Assembly: GCA_944381115.1 (NCBI GenBank)
Contig: CALWJV010000008.1
Span: forward strand, 69,613 to 133,612
Source: an uncultured Clostridia bacterium
GTDB lineage: Bacteria > Bacillota > Clostridia > Oscillospirales > CAG-272
Direction: 5' to 3'
Length of the DNA stretch: 64,000 nt
Made by a program: the position numbers and the translations under genes. The notes beneath the pieces were generated by a model. The model worked only from the letters and a program-made list of their open reading frames with translations, had not been told where the DNA came from and did no database searches. Positions 57,972 to 64,000 of the stretch are shown here, piece after piece. Numbering within the stretch: the stretch's first letter is position 1; each line of letters starts with the position of its first letter.

Positions 57972-58257
57972 TATCAAGTATTTAAATTTTTATGAAGGAG
58001 GTTTTTTTTTAAGGATTTACCCTTAATTCCTTAGTATGCAAAGTATTTGCATGCGGTTGCACGATTTGTTTTTCACCTTCGGCATTATTGCTGAATATCC
58101 GAGCTTTAAGCGGAGAATACGGCTGTAGACTTTACCGGTAATGTAAAAATACAAAATCCATTAAATGTTTCCGGCCGCAGGGTGTTTTTTTCTTGCAACA
58201 AAAACGGTGCAAAAGCACTGTCTCCATTTTATTTTTATTTTTAAAGGAGTTTTTGAA

Positions 58258-59394
58258 ATGAACAAAAACAAAATTATCGAGCTTAAGGCTATTTCAAAGG
58301 AATTTAACGGTGAACAGGTGCTAAGTGAGATCAGTCTTGATATTCACGACAACGAGTTTGTCACCTTGCTAGGCCCATCGGGCTGTGGCAAAACAACAAC
58401 ACTGAGAATAATAGCAGGCTTTGAAACTCCCGATTCGGGAGATGTCTTTTTTGGCGGAGTAAGAATAAACGATCTGCCTCCATACAAAAGGGAACTTAAT
58501 ACTGTATTCCAAAAATACGCTTTATTTCCGCATTTGAATGTATTTGAAAATGTGGCGTTCGGGCTCAGGCTGAAGAAACTGCCTGAAAGAGAGATAACAG
58601 AGCGTGTAAAGGAAGCACTTGCAATGGTGAATCTTTCCGGATTTGAGAGAAGGAACTCTGAAAAACTTTCCGGAGGACAGCAACAAAGAGTTGCAATAGC
58701 CAGAGCATTGATCAACCGTCCTAAAGTTCTTCTTCTTGACGAACCGCTGGGTGCACTTGATCTGAAACTTCGGAAAGATATGCAAAATGAATTGAAAAAC
58801 ATTCAGCATATGACGGGGATAACATTTATTTTTGTAACACATGATCAAGAAGAAGCACTGTCAATGTCCGATACCGTTGTTGTTATGGCAAACGGCAAGA
58901 TACAGCAAATAGGTTCTCCGACAGATATATACAATGAGCCGGTCAATGCGTTTGTTGCAGATTTTATAGGAGAAAGTAATATACTGGACGGTATAATGCT
59001 TGCTGATTATAAAGCGAGATTTGCAGGAAATACTTTTAAATGTCTTGATAAAGGTTTTGAAAAGAACGAGCCTGTTGATATAGTTGTGAGACCAGAGGAT
59101 GTTGACGTGGTACCTGTTGAAAAAGGAATGCTTAAAGGAAGAGTAACCTCAGTTACATTCAAAGGCGTTTACTATGAAATCATAGTTGATATTGATGGAT
59201 TCAAGTGGATGATACAATCGACTGATTATGTGGCGCCCGAAGAAGAGATCGGACTTTACATAGAGCCCGATGCGATACATGTAATGAAGAAATCGGAGTT
59301 TTCTGATATGTTCGGTGACTATTCTTCTTTCTCAGACGAACTTGAGCACCTTTCTGATATAGAGGAGGTAGAAAATACTGAAGATGAATTGTAA
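58258..59394 (+). CDS. potA: Spermidine/putrescine ABC transporter ATP-binding protein
   Basis: The ATG at 58258 lies 8 nt after AAAGGAG. Walker A is GPSGCGKTT, the signature is LSGGQQQR and Walker B is LLLDEP. The C-terminal TOBE-like domain gives 378 aa, matching PotA length. Confidence 0.92.
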   Translation: MNKNKIIELKAISKEFNGEQVLSEISLDIHDNEFVTLLGPSGCGKTTTLRIIAGFETPDSGDVFFGGVRINDLPPYKRELNTVFQKYALFPHLNVFENVAFGLRLKKLPEREITERVKEALAMVNLSGFERRNSEKLSGGQQQRVAIARALINRPKVLLLDEPLGALDLKLRKDMQNELKNIQHMTGITFIFVTHDQEEALSMSDTVVVMANGKIQQIGSPTDIYNEPVNAFVADFIGESNILDGIMLADYKARFAGNTFKCLDKGFEKNEPVDIVVRPEDVDVVPVEKGMLKGRVTSVTFKGVYYEIIVDIDGFKWMIQSTDYVAPEEEIGLYIEPDAIHVMKKSEFSDMFGDYSSFSDELEHLSDIEEVENTEDEL

Positions 59395-60256
59395 TGTAAA
59401 AGAAATACCTCCTGAAAAAAGGGTAAATAAGTTAAAGAAACCGTCTTTGGCAAGTATTGCCGCATATCCGCATATTGTATGGTCAGTAATGTTTATAATA
59501 GCACCGCTTTTATTTGTTTGCTATTATGCGTTTACAGACAGCGAAGGACATTTCACATTTTCAAATATACAGGCACTGTCTACACATACAAACACTTTTT
59601 TGCTTTCAATAAGTTTTTCGCTTATTGCAACAGCCATCTGTCTTTTTATCGGTTATCCGCTTGCGTTTGCGATTTCAAAAGCACCGAAAAAGAGGCAGCC
59701 GCTTCTTTTAATGTTATTAATGCTTCCAATGTGGATGAACCTCCTTATAAGAACATATTCGTTAATGGCGATACTTGATGACGGAGGAATGATAAATACA
59801 TTTTTAAAGAATATCGGGATCGGCGAACTTAATATAATAGGAACGAGCGGGGCGGTAATATTCGGCATGGTTTACGATTTTCTGCCTTACATGGTACTGC
59901 CGATATATTCAGTAATGTCAAAGCAAGATGAAAAACTGATTGAAGCTGCATATGACCTTGGTTGCCACAGGATGCAAGCACATCTTAAAGTTACACTTCC
60001 TCTTTCGGTTCCCGGTATAGTATCGGGAATCACAATGGTATTCGTACCGTCAATAAGTACATTCTATATATCACAGAAACTCGGAGGAGGAACAATATTT
60101 CTTCTCGGAGATACAATAGAGATGCAATTTCAAAATAAAAGCACATACAATGTAGGTGCTGCAATTTCCCTTGTAATGATGATACTGATTTTAATATCGA
60201 TTGCCGTTATGAACAAATTTTCGGACAACGATGAAGAAGGGGGTATTATCATATGA
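59384..60256 (+). CDS. potB: Spermidine/putrescine ABC transporter permease
   Basis: 290 aa with six TM helices and an EAA-loop region (EAAYDLGC). It overlaps the end of potA. Confidence 0.9.
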   Translation: MNCNVKEIPPEKRVNKLKKPSLASIAAYPHIVWSVMFIIAPLLFVCYYAFTDSEGHFTFSNIQALSTHTNTFLLSISFSLIATAICLFIGYPLAFAISKAPKKRQPLLLMLLMLPMWMNLLIRTYSLMAILDDGGMINTFLKNIGIGELNIIGTSGAVIFGMVYDFLPYMVLPIYSVMSKQDEKLIEAAYDLGCHRMQAHLKVTLPLSVPGIVSGITMVFVPSISTFYISQKLGGGTIFLLGDTIEMQFQNKSTYNVGAAISLVMMILILISIAVMNKFSDNDEEGGIII

Positions 60257-61071
60257 AAACATTATCAAGAATATTTATGATACTTGTTTTCGGAATTCTG
60301 TATATTCCGATGCTTGTTTTGGTGCTTTATTCATTCAATTCTTCAAAAAGTACCGGAAATTTCACTGGATTTTCATTTAAATGGTATATTGAACTGTTTT
60401 CTGCACCGCAGACATTTACAGCTCTGCGTAACACCTTGATACTTGCCGCATTCTCTGCAATAATTGCAACGATCATAGGTACAATGGCAGCGGTAGGCAT
60501 AAATAAAATGAAAAATAAATATATTAAAGCATCTGTAATGTCAGTTACAAATGTTCCGATGATGAATCCCGATATAGTTACGGGAATTTCGATGATGCTT
60601 CTTTTCGTTTTTGTCGGTAGTCTTATCGGTCTTTCAGAATACCTTTCATTTTGGACAATGCTAATAGCGCATACCACATTTAACCTGCCTTACGTTATAC
60701 TTTCCGTATTGCCGAAACTTCGGCAAATGGATAAGCACCTTCCGGAGGCTGCGCTTGACCTCGGGTGTACGCCGTTGCAGGCATTTTTCAAAGTGGAGAT
60801 TCATGCGATACTTCCGGGAATAATAACCGGAATGATGATGGCGTTTACTCTTTCTCTGGATGATTTTGTGATTAGTTTTTTCACGTCCGGAAGTGATTTT
60901 GTAACGCTTCCTTTGCTTATTTACTCAATGACAAAAAAGGAAGTCACACCGGATATGTATGCACTGTCAACCCTTGTAATGGTAGCGATACTTATATTGA
61001 TGCTTGCCACAAATTTAAGGGGAGAAAAACACAGAGATAAATTAAAAAAAAGAATAAAGGAGAATGTATAA
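60253..61071 (+). CDS. potC: Spermidine/putrescine ABC transporter permease
   Basis: 272 aa with an EAA loop (EAALDLGCTPLQAF). It overlaps potB by 4 nt. Confidence 0.9.
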   Translation: MKTLSRIFMILVFGILYIPMLVLVLYSFNSSKSTGNFTGFSFKWYIELFSAPQTFTALRNTLILAAFSAIIATIIGTMAAVGINKMKNKYIKASVMSVTNVPMMNPDIVTGISMMLLFVFVGSLIGLSEYLSFWTMLIAHTTFNLPYVILSVLPKLRQMDKHLPEAALDLGCTPLQAFFKVEIHAILPGIITGMMMAFTLSLDDFVISFFTSGSDFVTLPLLIYSMTKKEVTPDMYALSTLVMVAILILMLATNLRGEKHRDKLKKRIKENV

Positions 61072-62308
61072 ATTGAAAAAGATAATATTTGCTGTTTTGA
61101 CTTGTGTAACTATTATTTGCGGAGCATGTTTAATGGTTTCCTGTAACCCCGGAAACGGAGATGAGATTGAACTTAACGTTTACAACTGGGGTGAATATAT
61201 TTCAGATGGTTCTGAAGGAACGCTTGATGTAAATGCTGAATTCGAAAAATACTGTGAAGAAAAGGGAATGAATGTAAAAGTAAATTACACAACCTTTGAT
61301 TCAAACGAAAGCATGTATAATAAATTAAAGAGCGGTGCTGTTTCATATGATGTCATTTTTCCGTCTGACTATATGATTGAAAGAATGATAAAAGAGGATA
61401 TGCTTGAGACCCTCAATTTGACAAATATACCGAATTACCAATATATTTATGACAGATTTAAATCTCCTTTTTACGATCCTGATCCTGCAAATGTTTATTC
61501 AATACCGTATTTTTACGGGTACGTAGGAATTATTTATAATACTGAATATGTAGATGCACAAGACGCAGATAGCTGGGGAATACTTTGGAACGAAAAATAC
61601 AGCGGAAAAATACTTCAGTTTAATAATCCGCGTGATGCATTCGGAACGGTTCAGTATAAAAACAAAATTGATGTAAATACCAACGATGAGGCAAAATGGA
61701 GAGAATGTCTTGAGGAACTCAAGGCACAAAAGCCGTTAGTTCAAGGTTATGTTATGGATGAAATATTCAATAAGATGAAAAACGGATCGGCGTACGTAGC
61801 GACATATTATGCAGGTGATTTTCTTTCCATGTATGAAGATAATGATAAACTTGCGTTCAGTACACCAAAAGAGGGAACCAACATATTTGTAGATGCTATG
61901 TGTATTCCAAAAGGATGTAAAAACAAAGAAATAGCAGAAATGTATATCAACTTCATGCTTGAAAAAGATATAGGAATTGCCAATTCTACGTTTACCTATT
62001 ATTCAACACCGAATAGGCTTGTAAATGAGGACCCTGAATATATAGCGGCAATGAATGAAGTACATGAAAATGCAATGGAATACATTGCACCCGATTTTAT
62101 AAAGGACGAATATGAAGGAGAATATGTTGCCACATTTTATAAGAACCTTGACGACCAGACACTTCAACTTATGAACAGTCTTTGGGAGGAACTTAAAATC
62201 AATGGTGACTCAAAAATCGGAATTTATATTGTATGCGGTGTTATTGCTGCTGCAATAATAACGTTTGTAGTTATTAAAGTTGTTAAAAATAAGCGCAAAC
62301 TATATTAA
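61064..62308 (+). CDS. potD: Spermidine/putrescine-binding protein, lipoprotein, with an extra C-terminal TM helix
   Basis: The lipobox is LMVSCNPG. The PotD-like core carries NWGEYI, PSDYM, IPYFYGYVGIIYN and DAMCIPKG. The C-terminal IGIYIVCGVIAAAIITFVVIKVV plus KNKRK is a TM anchor. Confidence 0.85.
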   Translation: MYKLKKIIFAVLTCVTIICGACLMVSCNPGNGDEIELNVYNWGEYISDGSEGTLDVNAEFEKYCEEKGMNVKVNYTTFDSNESMYNKLKSGAVSYDVIFPSDYMIERMIKEDMLETLNLTNIPNYQYIYDRFKSPFYDPDPANVYSIPYFYGYVGIIYNTEYVDAQDADSWGILWNEKYSGKILQFNNPRDAFGTVQYKNKIDVNTNDEAKWRECLEELKAQKPLVQGYVMDEIFNKMKNGSAYVATYYAGDFLSMYEDNDKLAFSTPKEGTNIFVDAMCIPKGCKNKEIAEMYINFMLEKDIGIANSTFTYYSTPNRLVNEDPEYIAAMNEVHENAMEYIAPDFIKDEYEGEYVATFYKNLDDQTLQLMNSLWEELKINGDSKIGIYIVCGVIAAAIITFVVIKVVKNKRKLY

Positions 62309-62328
62309 TTAAAAACTTTTTAATTTAA

Positions 62329-62369
62329 GAAACGGGTATATTGCATTAACAAGTCAATATACCCGTTTT
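62329..62369 (+). terminator. Intrinsic terminator of the pot operon
   Basis: AAACGGGTATATTG pairs perfectly with CAATATACCCGTTT, followed by TTT. Confidence 0.7.
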
Positions 62370-62572
62370 TAATTTATAAAAATAAATACTATAGAGATCA
62401 AATGTAAAATTTTTTAAAAAGTAAAAAAAACAATGTTGACATTGATGAATTAATATGATATTATAAATGTAAGCATTTTAATACGATCACATAATAAATA
62501 TTTAAACTAAATAACATACGCAATAGTGCGGATTAATACAAGATAAATTCAGTTTATTAATGGGTAGCAGTC

Positions 62573-63421
62573 TTGAAAAAAAATAATTTTAAAACATTCG
62601 GGATCAGAGTATTATTGCTCGGCGCACTGCTTGGTTTAGCGTTTGTTCCGATTTTTTTTATATTTAAAACCGTAGATTCAAATCTCTGGGCAGCATTTTC
62701 CAGTGGAAATCAATCAAAAATAGTTACAGAAGTACAAAAATATGATAATAAATGGGGAGTAATGATAGTAGCGATTCTCCAATTTGTACAGGATATATCA
62801 ATAATTATTCCAAGTGCGCCTATACATATTGCCGCAGGAATTGTTCTTGGAACATGGAAGGGCTTTTTGGTTTGTCATGTTGCGGACGTTCTGTATAACA
62901 TTTGTATTTTTCTTTTTTATAAAAAAATTAAAAAGTACGTTGATAAAATAGTACCGCTTGAAAATTCATCAAAGACCGTAAAGTTTATGAAAGAGGGCAC
63001 AAATTCTACATATATGGTTGTTATGGCGTGCATATTGCCTGCAATACCAAACGGTTTTATTCCTTATGCGGCAGTAAACGCAAAAGTAAAGTTAAAGCAT
63101 TATTTTTTGGCGGTACTTATAGGTCCTGCAATTCCCACATTTGTACTTACACTATTGGGAGATATAATATTGCGAGGAAATTGGTTACTGTTTGTATTTT
63201 TAATAATTATTTCGTTTGTCGGAGTATATATACTTGTAAAATTTCAAAATCAAATCCTTATTTTATTCGAAAAAATAAAAAATTTTTTCACAAAAAGATT
63301 GGTTAAGTTTGAAAAAATTGCAAATGATTTTGAAAAACAGAGTGCAGTAAAGAATGAAAAAAAACAGAATAATACTGAAGAACAATGTGAGACAGATATT
63401 GAATTTATAAACCGAAAATGA
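62573..63421 (+). CDS. TVP38/TMEM64 (DedA-related, VTT domain) membrane protein
   Basis: 282 aa. It uses a TTG start because there is no in-frame ATG nearby. It has multiple TM helices and the VTT-like segment IIIPSAPIHIAAGIVLG. Confidence 0.65.
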   Translation: MKKNNFKTFGIRVLLLGALLGLAFVPIFFIFKTVDSNLWAAFSSGNQSKIVTEVQKYDNKWGVMIVAILQFVQDISIIIPSAPIHIAAGIVLGTWKGFLVCHVADVLYNICIFLFYKKIKKYVDKIVPLENSSKTVKFMKEGTNSTYMVVMACILPAIPNGFIPYAAVNAKVKLKHYFLAVLIGPAIPTFVLTLLGDIILRGNWLLFVFLIIISFVGVYILVKFQNQILILFEKIKNFFTKRLVKFEKIANDFEKQSAVKNEKKQNNTEEQCETDIEFINRK

Positions 63422-63561
63422 TGCGACATAAGGCTCGGGTAATAAAAATTTTTAAGTGGCTCGGTTTTTATTAGCAGAAAGTAATAAAATTTATAAATAA
63501 AAAATATAAAAAGTATTGATTTATAAGACAAATTATGGTATAATAGAAAAAGTTGATATCT

Positions 63562-63647
63562 GCCGGCATGATGGAATGGCAGACGTGACGGACTCAAAAT
63601 CCGTTGGTAGCGATACCGTGCGGGTTCAAGTCCCGCTGCCGGCACCA
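63562..63647 (+). tRNA. tRNA-Leu (anticodon CAA)
   Basis: 86 nt. Acceptor GCCGGCA pairs with TGCCGGC. The anticodon loop is CTCAAAA, and there is a long variable arm, a GGTTCAAGTCCC T-arm and an encoded CCA. Confidence 0.9.
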
Positions 63648-63652
63648 AGATA

Positions 63653-63698
63653 AAAAGTCGACATTTTCTGAAAACAGAAAGTGTCGACTTTTCTTTAT
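63653..63698 (+). terminator. Intrinsic terminator after tRNA-Leu
   Basis: GTCGACATTTTCTG pairs with CAGAAAGTGTCGAC (one G-U pair), followed by TTTTCTTT. Confidence 0.6.
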
Positions 63699-63740
63699 GT
63701 AAAAAATATGTTATAATGAAATAAAAGAGGGGAAATAAAA

Positions 63741-64000
63741 GTGAATTATACCAAGCAAGTAAGAGAGTATTGCGGAAAGCACAGTAAAGGATTAATAGAT
63801 ATTTCAGTTGTTCGTAATACCGTATTTGCGGATATTCCTTATAAAACATTATTGAAAATCTTTAACCGACTTGAAGAAGAAGGAATTGTGAAAACTGTTT
63901 CAAAAGGCGTTTACAGTATTGGCAAGAAGAAAATTGATGAGCGAAAGATACTTTCCGAATATACAAGTAACGGAAAAGGAATGATTGTCGGCTATGCACT
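63741..64000 (+). CDS. AbiEi/DUF6088-like antitoxin-type HTH protein, 3' partial (not in the ORF track)
   Basis: The GTG at 63741 is preceded by an AAGAGGGGA SD. Translation VNYTKQVREYCGKHSKGLIDISVV...LLKIFNRLEEEGIVKTVSKGVYSI runs to the window edge. The L-x-RL-x-x-x-G-x-(I/V)-x-x-(V/I)-x-(K/R)-G-(V/I)-Y motif is typical of AbiEi N-domains. Confidence 0.5.
   Translation, partial: MNYTKQVREYCGKHSKGLIDISVVRNTVFADIPYKTLLKIFNRLEEEGIVKTVSKGVYSIGKKKIDERKILSEYTSNGKGMIVGYA

Noticed and set aside
58165-58257. 31-codon N-terminal extension of the potA ORF
   Set aside because: The extension ([14 protein letters not shown]...) covers the U-tract and leader. The ATG at 58258 has a perfect AAAGGAG SD and gives the canonical PotA length.
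63250-63849. 199-aa ORF on the minus strand
   Set aside because: It runs antisense through the end of the TVP38-family gene, the whole tRNA-Leu and its terminator. Its composition is low-complexity F/L/Y/K-rich, as expected of AT-rich antisense frames, and there is no SD. I consider it spurious.

Overview
Low-GC, densely coding Firmicutes/Clostridia-type chromosomal segment from a strict-anaerobe gene set. I count about 49 protein genes, 2 tRNAs and 1 clear pseudogene. There is no rRNA, CRISPR array, transposase or integrase inside the window. All family calls come from motifs read in the supplied translations and from memory of those families; no database search was run.

Housekeeping blocks, left to right:
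- hydB (5' partial) and hydA, an NADH-dependent [FeFe]-hydrogenase
- a double BcrA/HgdC-type activase with its DUF2229-like partner
- an RluA-type pseudouridine synthase
- metF and metH, where MetH lacks the reactivation domain
- tRNA-Ala(CGC)
- a CNNM/CorC-type transporter
- pth and mfd
- rimP-nusA-ylxR-ylxQ-infB
- ygiQ
- yajC with a small membrane protein
- proC
- an orphan fucI
- feoA, feoB and an unlisted small Cys-rich membrane protein
- a split thrE-type exporter
- potABCD
- tRNA-Leu(CAA)

Accessory-looking content, which gives the best candidates for something new:
1. Two translationally coupled MacB-type fused ABC ATPase/FtsX proteins with large, dissimilar extracytoplasmic domains. 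A cytoplasmic beta-lactamase-fold hydrolase lies downstream, and a wHTH-WYL-like regulator is transcribed divergently.
2. A tandem pair of roughly 520-aa paralogous lipoproteins next to a tandem pair of Cof-type HAD hydrolases, one of them pseudogenised.
3. An ECF-S-like membrane domain fused to DUF1893, immediately after the activation-domain-less metH.
4. A 213-aa protein resembling only the N-terminal recognition region of SCIFF-type radical-SAM maturases, located beside yajC.
5. A TIR-like domain fused to a Sel1-repeat array.
6. An AbiEi/DUF6088-like gene starting right after tRNA-Leu at the window edge.

Several consensus sigma-A-like promoters, intrinsic terminators and two leader regions with attenuator-like architecture (CNNM gene, potA) are also visible.
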